DNA of 64,000 nt from positions 15,324 to 79,323 of the forward strand of contig DAHWUG010000001.1 in the NCBI GenBank assembly GCA_027334715.1, given 5' to 3'. A model generated the notes under the pieces. That model was not told the origin of the DNA. It did no database searches and worked only from the letters and a program-made list of their open reading frames with translations. Every line of letters starts with the position of its first letter. Positions within the stretch are counted from its first letter, which is position 1. The position numbers were made by a program, and so were the translations under genes. Shown here in pieces: positions 8,625-18,074 of this stretch. The DNA comes from Nanobdellota archaeon. GTDB lineage: Archaea; Nanobdellota; Nanobdellia; Pacearchaeales; GW2011-AR1.

Positions 8625-10784
8625 ATGCCCCCTCCAAAAGATATAGATGAAATTATTGAAAAATACAAAGGAAAGATAGAGAGTCAGCTGGACACTTATG
8701 AAGAAAGGGATGTTGATTACACTCAGGAATATGTAAAATTCAAGAAAGAAATGTCTCCCGAGATTTCAAGATATGAGCGCTGGGCAAAAAGCCTTGGAAA
8801 CATAATCAAACTGAAAATTTCCGAAAAAGATTCTGTAGTTGTCAAAAGAAATCTTAACATTGCACATCTTGACATTGAACCTCAGCAGTCAGTCACCCTT
8901 AGTGCTATGGCTTTCCTAAGCGTTCTTTTTCTTGGAGTTTTGATTTCTGTCGCATGGTTTCTCATATCCGGCTCTTTCCCAATTTTATTTTTCTTGCTTG
9001 TTATGATGTTCTGTTTTTTTGTGTTTTATTTTGTAAGCGGATATCCTGCAAGACTTGCAAATTCCTGGAGACTGAAAGCAAGCAGCCAAATGGTTCCTGC
9101 AATACTTTACATAGTTGTTTACATGAGGCATACATCAAACCTTGAAAGAGCTGTTGCATTTGCATCAGATCATCTTGAATATCCTCTTGCCCTTGACTTC
9201 AAGAAAATTTTTTATGATGTTCAAATCGGAAAATTTGCAACAATAAAAGACAGTCTTGACAATTATCTTGAAACATGGAGAGACTACTCAATTGAGTTCA
9301 TAGAATCATTTCATCTTATAGAGAACAGCCTGTTTGAGCCAGATGATGCAATGAGAATTCAGACATTGGAGAAATCATTGAGTGTTGTTCTTGATGGGGT
9401 TTATGAAAAAATGCTTAAATTTACTTATGAGGTAAAAAATCCCTTGACAAATGTTTACATGCTAGGAGTTGTTTTGCCAACTCTTGGTTTAGCTCTTTTG
9501 CCCCTGGCTTCTGCAATGTTAGGTGGAATGCTGACATGGGTTCATGTTTTTATCCTTTTTGATTTGATAATTCCATTTTTAGTTCTTTATCTGACAGATA
9601 AAGTTTTATTTTTAAGGCCGGGCGGAAACGGAGATTCAAGCCTTCTTGAGAAAAATCCATTATATTATAAATACAAAAACAAAAAGCCTTATTTCAAGGC
9701 ATTTTTCATTGCTTTCCCCTTTTTATTAATTGGATTATTGCCCTTCATTTTCCAGTTCACTCCCTTACCTCAGGCATTTGGCATGCCAAAAGATTTTACT
9801 TTTTCGCAGATTGGGCTTGGAATTCTGGGCGGAAATGCTAATTTCTTTGACTTCAGGACAAACGATGCAGGGGGGTTAGTCGGGCCATTTGGCGTAGGAG
9901 CCCTGCTTTTGAGCATATTGATCCCATTGAGCATTGCATTGTTCTTTTCAATTGTATATAAAGAGAAGACAAAAGAGCTTATAGTTGAAAGAAAGAAAAC
10001 AAACCAGCTTGAAGCTGAATTTAATAATTCATTATTCCAGCTTGGAAATACAATAGGAAATGGAACACCTCCCGAAATAGCATTTGGTAAAGTTGCAGAA
10101 GCTTCAAAAGGTCTGATTACAGAGGATTTCTTCAACAGAGTTAATTACAACATAAGGCAAATGGGCATGAGTATTGAAAAAGCACTTTTTGACTCAAAAA
10201 GAGGCGCTGTAATATACTATCCATCTAACTTAATTTCGACAAGCATGAAAATACTTGCTGAATCTTCCAAAAAAGGGCTGCAGATTGCAGCTTTGAGCTT
10301 AATGAGCATTTCAGAATATGTAAAAAACATGAACAAAGTAACTGCAAGGCTTAAAGACCTTTTGGCAGAAGTTATTTCTGACATGAAATCAAACATGTCT
10401 TTCCTTGCTCCCTTGCTTTCAGGAGTTGTTGTTGGACTTGCTGCCATGATAACATCTATTTTAGTCAAGATGGACATAATAAAATCTCTTGGAGGAAGTG
10501 TAGTAGCAAGCTTGGGAACTTTGGCAAATATAGTCAGCATATTTCAGGTCTCTGACATGATTCCCCCATATTTTCTGCAAGTAATCATTGGAATTTATCT
10601 TATTGAGATTGTTTTTATTTTAACCCGCGCTCTTGTTGTGATTGATTCCGGAGAAGACAAGCTTGAAAAAACAAGCAAGACGGGAAAAAATCTTACAAGT
10701 GCTATTCTTCTTTATGCAATAACTGCATTTTTGTCAATAATTGTCTTATTTGTTCTTGTGTCAATAGTTGTTGTCAGTAGTTAG
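8625..10784 (+). CDS. FlaJ/TadC-like polytopic membrane platform protein (T2SS-F domains)
   Basis: 719 aa; many TM segments with two cytoplasmic domains; lies between the ATPase and the pilins. Confidence 0.75.
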   Translation: MPPPKDIDEIIEKYKGKIESQLDTYEERDVDYTQEYVKFKKEMSPEISRYERWAKSLGNIIKLKISEKDSVVVKRNLNIAHLDIEPQQSVTLSAMAFLSVLFLGVLISVAWFLISGSFPILFFLLVMMFCFFVFYFVSGYPARLANSWRLKASSQMVPAILYIVVYMRHTSNLERAVAFASDHLEYPLALDFKKIFYDVQIGKFATIKDSLDNYLETWRDYSIEFIESFHLIENSLFEPDDAMRIQTLEKSLSVVLDGVYEKMLKFTYEVKNPLTNVYMLGVVLPTLGLALLPLASAMLGGMLTWVHVFILFDLIIPFLVLYLTDKVLFLRPGGNGDSSLLEKNPLYYKYKNKKPYFKAFFIAFPFLLIGLLPFIFQFTPLPQAFGMPKDFTFSQIGLGILGGNANFFDFRTNDAGGLVGPFGVGALLLSILIPLSIALFFSIVYKEKTKELIVERKKTNQLEAEFNNSLFQLGNTIGNGTPPEIAFGKVAEASKGLITEDFFNRVNYNIRQMGMSIEKALFDSKRGAVIYYPSNLISTSMKILAESSKKGLQIAALSLMSISEYVKNMNKVTARLKDLLAEVISDMKSNMSFLAPLLSGVVVGLAAMITSILVKMDIIKSLGGSVVASLGTLANIVSIFQVSDMIPPYFLQVIIGIYLIEIVFILTRALVVIDSGEDKLEKTSKTGKNLTSAILLYAITAFLSIIVLFVLVSIVVVSS

Positions 10785-10816
10785 GAACTACTTAAGAAAA
10801 AAACATTTATTAACTA

Positions 10817-10999
10817 TTGTTAATTTTATCGGGTATGCATGAAAAAAGGAGAAAAAAGGAAAAAAAAGGAATTGTTTCTGACTATTTACCTTGGCTACTA
10901 ATAGCCATTGCAATTCTGGTGATTCTTATGATAGCAATATTTGTGCTTAAAAACCAAGGAACATCTCTTATTGATAAATTAAAGGGGCTTTTTGGATAA
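10817..10999 (+). CDS. small pilin-like protein with class III signal
   Basis: KKEKKG then IVSDYLPWLLIAIAILVILMIAIFVL hydrophobic stretch. Confidence 0.4.
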   Translation: MLILSGMHEKRRKKEKKGIVSDYLPWLLIAIAILVILMIAIFVLKNQGTSLIDKLKGLFG

Positions 11000-11168
11000 A
11001 ATGCTAACAGAAGAGCAGCTGATAAAAATTATTCTGGGGGTTTTGGTTTTTGTAGCAGTTATTGTTGGAGTTTATCTTATCTTCAAGAACAATATTCTTG
11101 ATTTTTTTAATAATCTTGGCGGCAACGCAGGACAAACAGGAGGATTAATCTTGTCCTTGCTGAAATAA
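11000..11168 (+). CDS. small pilin-like/TM protein (55 aa, below the ORF-track cutoff)
   Basis: MLTEEQLIKIILGVLVFVAVIVGVYLIFKNNILDFFNNLGGNAGQTGGLILSLLK; ATG overlaps the previous stop (TAAAATG). Confidence 0.35.
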
Positions 11169-11169
11169 A

Positions 11170-11646
11170 ATGGACAAAAATGGATTTCTTCTTGCAGAAG
11201 AAACTCTGAAGATAGTAATTGCCGTGATTGCAATAGGATTCCTGGCCTATTTTCTTGTTTCACTTTATTTTTCTGCGAAGACATCATCACAATCAGAACA
11301 AGCTAAATCAACTTTGCCGTTTATCATGAATGCAATAAACTCCTCAAACCAGAGTGTGGATATTTACAATCCAAAAGGATGGTTAATATCAATATGGCCC
11401 CATTCAGTAACATCAGGAATAGGACCATTTAAATCAACTAACATAGAAATGCCAAACTTATGCAAAAATACAGGGTTGCAAACATGCATTTGCATATGTA
11501 GCTCAGACAGTGCAAGTAGTTGTGACAGTAGCGGAACTTGCATGGACAATCTTGGTTTTGGGGTAAAAGGAACTTTGATCAAAATAAACAATCCTCCTAT
11601 CACAGTTAACATTGACCAAAAAAATAAAATAATAAGCTTACAATAA
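11170..11646 (+). CDS. pilin-like protein, Cys-rich C-terminal domain
   Basis: MDKNG then FLLAEETLKIVIAVIAIGFLAYF (pilin-type N-terminus with Glu at +5/+6); CICICSSDSASSCDSSGTC. Confidence 0.6.
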   Translation: MDKNGFLLAEETLKIVIAVIAIGFLAYFLVSLYFSAKTSSQSEQAKSTLPFIMNAINSSNQSVDIYNPKGWLISIWPHSVTSGIGPFKSTNIEMPNLCKNTGLQTCICICSSDSASSCDSSGTCMDNLGFGVKGTLIKINNPPITVNIDQKNKIISLQ

Positions 11647-11648
11647 AA

Positions 11649-11750
11649 ATGGATCTAGATGAGATGATTAAATATGTAATATGGATTTTTTTTGCGATTA
11701 TCGCACTTTTAGGAATTTATTTTCTCCTGAAAAACATAGGAATAATGTAA
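11649..11750 (+). CDS. very small TM peptide (33 aa), possible minor pilin
   Basis: MDLDEMIKYVIWIFFAIIALLGIYFLLKNIGIM; tightly packed between pilin genes. Confidence 0.3.
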   Translation: MDLDEMIKYVIWIFFAIIALLGIYFLLKNIGIM

Positions 11751-11752
11751 AA

Positions 11753-12487
11753 ATGAAAATGATAAAAAGAAAAGACGGGGAATTAACAACACAGCAAATT
11801 GTCATCCTTATTGTCCTTATTGTAAGTTTTGTCATAATCCTTTTTTTATTGTTCAGGTTGAACCTTGGTGGAACAACAAGCGAGGAGATTTGTCATAATT
11901 CAGTTGTATTGAAAGGACAGTCGAGCATTACTTCAGGGTCATTGAACTGTAAGACAGATTATCTTTGCATTTCCGGAGGTGGAAAATGTCAGAGCTTTTC
12001 CGCATCAAATACAATGAAGGTACAACAAGGAAATAAAACACAAGTAATGAAAATTTTGGCAGATGAAATGTCTGCATGCTGGTATGAGTTTGGGGAAGGT
12101 CAAATTAATTATGCAAGCAGCACAATTACTGGAAATAAAGCATGTGCCTTATGCTCAATTGTGAACTTTGACACAAGCTTAAAGAACACTAATATATCCT
12201 ATGAGAATTTTTACAATTACTTAAGGACCACTAAAAAAACAGATTCACAGACTTACCTTCAATATCTTTATTCTACAAGTAATTTAACAGATTTCAATAA
12301 ATTTTACTTATCAGGATACCTCAATAATAACATAGACCCAAGTAAAGAATACTTTATCCTAACTGGCATATCAAAAAAGCCTGTTTGGGGATTTTTTGGA
12401 AGCACCCAGATTCCTGTAACAATTATGGAAAAAACAACCCAAAATTACAACACAATAGGATGCGATGAATTTTTGACAAAAGCCTAA
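11753..12487 (+). CDS. pilin-like protein (start trimmed relative to the ORF track)
   Basis: MKMIKRKDG then ELTTQQIVILIVLIVSFVIILFLLF; the ORF-track start at 11681 overlaps the upstream peptide in another frame. Confidence 0.5.
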   Translation: MKMIKRKDGELTTQQIVILIVLIVSFVIILFLLFRLNLGGTTSEEICHNSVVLKGQSSITSGSLNCKTDYLCISGGGKCQSFSASNTMKVQQGNKTQVMKILADEMSACWYEFGEGQINYASSTITGNKACALCSIVNFDTSLKNTNISYENFYNYLRTTKKTDSQTYLQYLYSTSNLTDFNKFYLSGYLNNNIDPSKEYFILTGISKKPVWGFFGSTQIPVTIMEKTTQNYNTIGCDEFLTKA

Positions 12488-12488
12488 A

Positions 12489-12941
12489 ATGATAAGAGGA
12501 AAAAGACAAAAAAAGAGGAATTTTTTTAACTATAATTTTCATCCAAAAAATTCTAAAGGGAATATCCTTACTGAAAATGTGATTTTTATTGTCCTTAACA
12601 TTGTTTTTATTTCTATTCTCTTGGTTTTTATTTTTGTAAAATCAGGAAGTGCTGCTGTTCTTGAGGAAAAATACGCAAAGGAAATTGCCCTTCTAATTGA
12701 TGAATCCCAACCAGGAATGACTATACATCTAAACATGCAGGATGCAATAGGCATCGCAAAAGGGAATAATATTGCCACTGCAGCAATAGTAAGAATAAAT
12801 AAAAATGTGGTTACTGTAAAGCTGAGAGGCAATGGTGGTTATAGCTATTCTTTTTTCAATGATGTCCAATTTGGTGATGGAAAATCAAATTATCATCCGG
12901 ATAACACAAACACCGGATTTGTTTTTATAATTGGGGGATAA
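12489..12941 (+). CDS. pilin-like protein
   Basis: basic N-terminus ending NSKG, then NILTENVIFIVLNIVFISILLVFIFV. Confidence 0.55.
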   Translation: MIRGKRQKKRNFFNYNFHPKNSKGNILTENVIFIVLNIVFISILLVFIFVKSGSAAVLEEKYAKEIALLIDESQPGMTIHLNMQDAIGIAKGNNIATAAIVRINKNVVTVKLRGNGGYSYSFFNDVQFGDGKSNYHPDNTNTGFVFIIGG

Positions 12942-13455
12942 AATGAAAAATAAAAAAGGAGCAGACAAAATACTTTCAGTGTACTGGTTTTTTATCCTCT
13001 TTTTAGTTGCAGCAGCCATAGTTTATATGGTAGCTTCTTTTTACGGAAAGCCTTATGATATAAGGGGCATTGAAGCGGGAATACTTGCAGACAGAGCAGC
13101 AGACTGCGTTTCTTATGCAGGTTACTTAAGGGATGGAGTTTTAAATTCTGATTTTCAACAAAACCTGCTTTCAAGATGCAATCTTAATTTTAATACAGAA
13201 GATGCATACAACTGGAATCAGCAAGGCCAATATTTTTTGGACATAAGCATTTACGATTTTAACTCTTATCCTAATTCGAATGCACTGCTTGAAGCTTCTG
13301 CAGGAAATCCCGATCTGAAGGATTTTTGCGGAGCTAAAGGAAATACAAACCCACTTTGCCTGCAACGGGAGTTTTACACTATAGACAAAAGTGGTAAGCA
13401 GTATGTAGTAAGAATAACATCTGTTGTAAGAAAAACCGAAAAAAATGTACAATAA
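12931..13455 (+). CDS. pilin-like protein
   Basis: MKNKKG then ADKILSVYWFFILFLVAAAIVYMVASF; 4 Cys in the globular part. Confidence 0.55.
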   Translation: MGDKMKNKKGADKILSVYWFFILFLVAAAIVYMVASFYGKPYDIRGIEAGILADRAADCVSYAGYLRDGVLNSDFQQNLLSRCNLNFNTEDAYNWNQQGQYFLDISIYDFNSYPNSNALLEASAGNPDLKDFCGAKGNTNPLCLQREFYTIDKSGKQYVVRITSVVRKTEKNVQ

Positions 13456-13981
13456 AATAAGAAAAACTAAGAAAGCGCAAATAGGGGAAACAATGACATG
13501 GGTATTTGCAACAATAATAATTATAGTCATACTTGTTATTTCAATATTTATTGCATCCCACTATTTGGGAAAAATAAAGCTGATTACAATGCCCACTTCT
13601 GGCCAGAGCTATGACCTTCCTATTGCGAAATCTTTTTATTCATATCTTTTAACAAAAAATGAATCAGGACAGACTGTTTATTCCCAGATTGAAAAAGACA
13701 AGAATCTTAATGATTTCGATGGCAATCTTTCCCTTGACTTATTCAATGGTCAAGAAAAAATTAAGACCTATCAGGGGTCAGGTATAAATTCCCCTCTTGT
13801 GTGGCTTGGTGCAATAAAAATATCATCTCAAAATCCAAATGGGATAGGGGTGGAAAACAAGTATTTTGGACCTCAAGATTTTGGCATTACTTCAAATAAT
13901 CTTCAATTTTATGAACTAATAAAAATAAATGAAAATGAGTCAGTCAGTCTTGTAGTTTCATCCTCTTCAAACGTAAAATGA
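13445..13981 (+). CDS. pilin-like protein
   Basis: RKTKKA then QIGETMTWVFATIIIIVILVISIFIA. Confidence 0.5.
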   Translation: MYNKIRKTKKAQIGETMTWVFATIIIIVILVISIFIASHYLGKIKLITMPTSGQSYDLPIAKSFYSYLLTKNESGQTVYSQIEKDKNLNDFDGNLSLDLFNGQEKIKTYQGSGINSPLVWLGAIKISSQNPNGIGVENKYFGPQDFGITSNNLQFYELIKINENESVSLVVSSSSNVK

Positions 13982-14283
13982 CAAAACTGATTAATAATAA
14001 AAAAGGAGATATACCGGTGACAATTCTTGTACTTGGTGTTGTTTTGATATGCATCCTTACTATCGCAAGCTTTTTTTTCGCATCATATCATGTAAATAAG
14101 AATTTTGATATAAGGATAATAAAAGAAATAAGTCTTGCAAAAGAGAAAATAGACTTTTATCAAAATGTAGGTGTTAGCAGAGACCAGGCAGACTCTTTTG
14201 TTGGAGTAAAAACAGACACTCAGGGAAAAAGATATCTTTATTACAATTGGAGCTCTATATCTGTAAGATACAACCTCCCTTGA
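13978..14283 (+). CDS. pilin-like protein
   Basis: NNKKG then DIPVTILVLGVVLICILTIASFFFA. Confidence 0.55.
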   Translation: MTKLINNKKGDIPVTILVLGVVLICILTIASFFFASYHVNKNFDIRIIKEISLAKEKIDFYQNVGVSRDQADSFVGVKTDTQGKRYLYYNWSSISVRYNLP

Positions 14284-14320
14284 CAATAACATTTTTAAAC
14301 AAAATAAACCTAAATTAAAT

Positions 14321-14668
14321 ATGGAAAGCAAAAGGGGCCAGGAGCTTAGCACCAATGCAATTATTATGATTGTCATTGGAATAATTGTGCTTGTTGTTCT
14401 TATTCTTGGCTTTACAATAGGCTGGGACAAGCTTCTTCCATTCTTTTCAACAAACAACGTGCAAAACATACAAACAACATGCAGTTCTGCATGCGCCACA
14501 GGAAATCAGTATGATTACTGCTCTTTACCAAGAACTTTGAAAGCATCTGACCTGCCTGGAAATCCTTCTAATGGCCAAGTTGTAGGAAATTGTACATTCT
14601 TTGCAACTAATCCCAACTATCAGAAGTATGGAATAGGTGTATGTGACACAATAACCTGCAGTTCTTAA
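14321..14668 (+). CDS. pilin with canonical archaeal class III signal (RG/QE), Cys-rich
   Basis: MESKRG then QELSTNAIIMIVIGIIVLVVLILGF; 9 Cys in 115 aa; candidate major pilin. Confidence 0.65.
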   Translation: MESKRGQELSTNAIIMIVIGIIVLVVLILGFTIGWDKLLPFFSTNNVQNIQTTCSSACATGNQYDYCSLPRTLKASDLPGNPSNGQVVGNCTFFATNPNYQKYGIGVCDTITCSS

Positions 14669-14712
14669 TTCTTATCTGAAATATTTTTAAAGAAACTTCC
14701 TCTTAAAGTGTA

Positions 14713-14823
14713 ATGGATTATGGATTTTCTGAAAGAAGGAACAAAAGAAAGAGCAAGAAAAAGGAAAACAGAAAGCATCCTTACAGAAAAGGCGGTGGGC
14801 ATAGGTCAATGGAAAAGAAATAA
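14713..14823 (+). CDS. tiny highly basic ORF (36 aa) inside the pilus locus, speculative
   Basis: MDYGFSERRNKRKSKKKENRKHPYRKGGGHRSMEKK; no homology recognised. Confidence 0.15.
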   Translation: MDYGFSERRNKRKSKKKENRKHPYRKGGGHRSMEKK

Positions 14824-14899
14824 TGAAGAATTTTAATATAAAGCCGAATGAATAAATTTTACTCGTGCATTTTATAAATTAGAATTACAATATCCTCTT

Positions 14900-15745
14900 A
14901 TGATAGAAATAATCTTCCTTTTTATACTGGGTCTTTTTTGGATTATTTTTGCAACTGTTCAGGATGTAAGAACAAAGGAAATAGCAAACTGGCTTAATTT
15001 TTCTCTTATAATCTTTGTTCTTGGATTCAGGTTCTTTTATTCCCTTTTTTCTGCAGGCAATTTCAGCTTTTTTTATCAGGGCCTTATAGGGCTTGTAATC
15101 TTCTCTGTTCTGGGAAATTTGTTTTATTACGGAAGAATGTTTGCAGGAGGAGATGCAAAACTTCTTATTGCCCTTGGTCCCCTAATCCCCCTTTCTGATG
15201 TTTTTTCAGTAAACTTTGGAAATTTTGTCATGTTCCTTCTTGTCTTCCTTTTTGCAGGAGCTCTTTATAGCATAACTGTCAGCGTGAGCCTTGGCATAAA
15301 AAACAGAAAGAAATTTGGAAAAGAGTTTAAGAATCAATTCAAAGAAAATAGAAAAATAATTATTTCTTTTTTAGTTCTTAGCATAATACTTATCATTTTA
15401 AGCTATTTAGACGGATTATTTTTGTACCTGGGAATACTGACTTTTATCCTGCCTTATCTTTACATTTATGCTAAAAGTGTCGACGAAATTTCAATGATAA
15501 AGAATGTTTCAGTTTCTGCGCTTAAAGAGGGGGACTGGCTTTATCATAATATTAAAATTGGCTCCAAAACAATAAAGGCAACATGGGATGGATTGAACAT
15601 GAGAGAAATAAATTTGCTCAGAAAAAAACGCAAGAATGGGAGAGTCAGGATCAGGGCAGGAGTTTTTTTCACGCCTGTTTTCTTCATAAGCTACCTTGTC
15701 TTCTTTTATTTTTGGTATATTGGATTAAGGTATTCTTTTTGGTAG
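14900..15745 (+). CDS. A24-family prepilin/prearchaellin peptidase (PibD/FlaK-like)
   Basis: 281 aa polytopic; TVQDVRTKEI and GGDAKLLIALG catalytic Asp motifs. Confidence 0.75.
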   Translation: MIEIIFLFILGLFWIIFATVQDVRTKEIANWLNFSLIIFVLGFRFFYSLFSAGNFSFFYQGLIGLVIFSVLGNLFYYGRMFAGGDAKLLIALGPLIPLSDVFSVNFGNFVMFLLVFLFAGALYSITVSVSLGIKNRKKFGKEFKNQFKENRKIIISFLVLSIILIILSYLDGLFLYLGILTFILPYLYIYAKSVDEISMIKNVSVSALKEGDWLYHNIKIGSKTIKATWDGLNMREINLLRKKRKNGRVRIRAGVFFTPVFFISYLVFFYFWYIGLRYSFW

Positions 15746-16396
15746 CCAGATTTTTTTCATTTCCCCTACATTTTTTTTATGCAGCTTCTCCCCTTCAGGC
15801 TTTTTATCTACACTTTTTTCTTTTTTCTCTGAAAATGATTTCTTCCTAAGCACTTTTTGCAGCTCTTCAAGTTCTTCTTTTTCTGCAGGCTTCCTTTCAG
15901 TTGACTTTTTCCCATGGTATACAGGGATTACATTTATTATTTCATGGCCGAAGATATTTGAGTAAGAGAGATCAACACTTTCCGGCTTTAATCTTGTTTT
16001 TATCAGAGAAGAAACTTTTTTTGCCAAGTTCATAACTTGTGGAGACAAATTTTTATCAGATGCTATATGCTCTTTTGGAATGATTATCACATGCCCACGT
16101 GAAAAAGGATTTATCTCAAGCACTGCAATTGCCTTAGAATTTTCAGATATTTTATAGGACTCTATATCCCCCAAAACAATTGAACAAAAAACACATTCTG
16201 TCGAGGACGCAGTTTCTTTAATATCACCCCCTCTTTGCTTCAAAAGATTATTTTTTACCAGAAAAGCCTCAAGTTGCTCTGAGTCCATGCCTTGAATCTG
16301 GGATATTGCGAATTCTTTTCTGTCTTCTGGAAAAGAGCGCTCTATCTGCTCAACCAACCTTTGCTTTATTGATTCTACCTGTTCTTCTGTCAGCAT
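15725..16396 (-). CDS. HIT-like domain protein with degenerate histidine triad and extra N- and C-terminal regions
   Basis: FCSIV...RGHVIIIPKEH matches the HIT N-part; the expected HxHxH position reads GHEIINV; Lys/Glu-rich tail. Confidence 0.5.
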   Translation of the reverse strand: MLTEEQVESIKQRLVEQIERSFPEDRKEFAISQIQGMDSEQLEAFLVKNNLLKQRGGDIKETASSTECVFCSIVLGDIESYKISENSKAIAVLEINPFSRGHVIIIPKEHIASDKNLSPQVMNLAKKVSSLIKTRLKPESVDLSYSNIFGHEIINVIPVYHGKKSTERKPAEKEELEELQKVLRKKSFSEKKEKSVDKKPEGEKLHKKNVGEMKKIWLPKRIP

Positions 16397-16434
16397 TAAT
16401 CATTTAATACAGAAATATTTTTAAACTCTCTCTA

Positions 16435-16665
16435 TTGAGCATGCCATCACTTGGAGCCTGGTATTATGTTATGGGGATAGTCGCACTAGCCTATAATATT
16501 CTTGGAGTATTTTATACACATATTGCCTTAGGTCTTTATATTGGCCAGACACCTGCACTAAGCTTATTCGCAGATTTGTGTATGTGGCTTTCTGCTACCC
16601 ACTACTTTTTTAAAGAACACAAAGAAGAGAAAATACTTCGGCAAACAACTGGAATTAGATATTAA
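16435..16665 (+). CDS. small membrane protein
   Basis: 76 aa, two hydrophobic helices. Confidence 0.3.
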   Translation: MSMPSLGAWYYVMGIVALAYNILGVFYTHIALGLYIGQTPALSLFADLCMWLSATHYFFKEHKEEKILRQTTGIRY

Positions 16666-16682
16666 TTTTTATCTTTTAACCT

Positions 16683-16955
16683 TTATCCTATCGCCCTTCT
16701 TATGTCAACAACCTGAACAGAGCTTACATTGGGAATTTTCCTCAATTCCTCTTCCAAGTCATCAAGCTCTTTGTCTTCAGGCCATCCAAACAAAATTATC
16801 CATGCTTTCAATCCGAACGCAATCGGTTGTATTTCAAAATTGGGATTTTGAATGTTTTGCGCCCCCAGAATTTTTTCCACATTTACCTTTATTTCATCAA
16901 TATTTGTGTCTGGAGAGTCAGGCATTACCTTTATTTTAACAGCTATAACACTCAT
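16683..16955 (-). CDS. ef1b: elongation factor 1-beta
   Basis: 90 aa; KVMPDSPD...IAFGLKA...VQVVDIRR pattern of aEF-1beta. Confidence 0.8.
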   Translation of the reverse strand: MSVIAVKIKVMPDSPDTNIDEIKVNVEKILGAQNIQNPNFEIQPIAFGLKAWIILFGWPEDKELDDLEEELRKIPNVSSVQVVDIRRAIG

Positions 16956-17056
16956 GTTTTAGTCTAATTGGATTTGTTTATAAATGTAATTGTAGCCTAT
17001 TTTAACTAACATAAAAATATCATAATACTTAAAAACCTTGGCTATTTTTCGCTGAT

Positions 17057-18010
17057 ATGGTTCAAGGGAATGGAAATTATGAAAGAATTCTTGAAAAAAT
17101 CTCAAGATCTTCAGGCTTGGAAAAAGCAGAAATTGAACGGAGAATTGAGGCAAAAAAAGCAAAACTTTCCGGATTGATAAGCATGGAAGGCGCTGCACAG
17201 GTTGTTGCTGCAGAACTGGGAATTTCTTTTGAAAATGAAAAACTGAAAATTAACGAGCTTCTTCCCGGAATGAGAAAAGTTAATACAATTGGGAAAGTCA
17301 TGAATATTTCTCCTGTAAGAACATTTACAACAAAGAAAGGGGAAGCGAGCAAGGTTGTTAATTTCTGGATTGCAGACGAAACCTCAAACATAAAAGTTGT
17401 TCTTTGGGACACAAATCTTATATTACTTATTGAAACAGGAAAAATCGGAGTTGACACTGTTATTGAGATTACGAATGGGAGCATGCGTGACAATGAAATA
17501 CATCTTGGAAGTTTTTCACAGCTTAAGCCAAGTGCGGAAGTTATTGAAAATGCCAAAACAGAAAAAGTCTTCAGGCATAAAAATATAATTGATTTAAAAC
17601 CAGGTGAAAATACCGATTTGAGAGCTTTTGTTTTGCAGGTTTTTGAGCCAAGGTTTTTCAATGTGTGCCCTGAATGCAGCAAAAAAGTAACACAGGAAGG
17701 AGAGGTCTTTATATGCGAGAAGCATGGAAAAGTCATTCCTGAAAAAAGAGCTGTTTCAAGCATTGTGATAGATGATGGAACAGATTCCGTAAGGGCTGTT
17801 TTATTCAATGAGGCATTATCAAAGCTTGGTTTCTCCCAATTGGATGATACTGACAAATTTTCAGCAGAGAAGGGGAATATTATTGGAAAAGAAATGGTTT
17901 TTACAGGAAATGTACGAAATAACGCCTTTTTCAACAACCATGAGATGATAGTTGATGACATAAAAGAGGTCAATCCAGATGAGCTTATAATGGAGCTTGA
18001 GAAGAACTAA
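17057..18010 (+). CDS. rpa: replication protein A (ssDNA-binding OB fold plus C-terminal zinc ribbon)
   Basis: 317 aa; N-terminal helical domain, OB fold, CPECSKK...CEKHGK zinc finger. Confidence 0.75.
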   Translation: MVQGNGNYERILEKISRSSGLEKAEIERRIEAKKAKLSGLISMEGAAQVVAAELGISFENEKLKINELLPGMRKVNTIGKVMNISPVRTFTTKKGEASKVVNFWIADETSNIKVVLWDTNLILLIETGKIGVDTVIEITNGSMRDNEIHLGSFSQLKPSAEVIENAKTEKVFRHKNIIDLKPGENTDLRAFVLQVFEPRFFNVCPECSKKVTQEGEVFICEKHGKVIPEKRAVSSIVIDDGTDSVRAVLFNEALSKLGFSQLDDTDKFSAEKGNIIGKEMVFTGNVRNNAFFNNHEMIVDDIKEVNPDELIMELEKN

Positions 18011-18054
18011 AATTTTACTGGCTATTGCAAGATATATCTGATATTGAAATAATC

Positions 18055-18062
18055 TTTATAAA
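18055..18062 (+). promoter_or_regulatory. TATA-like box upstream of radA, predicts a leaderless transcript
   Basis: TTTATAAA about 25 nt upstream of the ATG at 18084. Confidence 0.4.
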
Positions 18063-18074
18063 CAACTCATTTCT

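Noticed and set aside
8954-10540. ORFs 8954..9145(+), 9770..10135(-), 10217..10540(-) within the flaJ/tadC gene
   Set aside because: Embedded in or antisense to the 719-aa membrane platform gene; no independent support.
17077-17973. 298-aa minus-strand ORF spanning the whole RPA gene
   Set aside because: Fully antisense to a gene with clear OB-fold and zinc-ribbon signatures; the translation is low-complexity S/F/L-rich.
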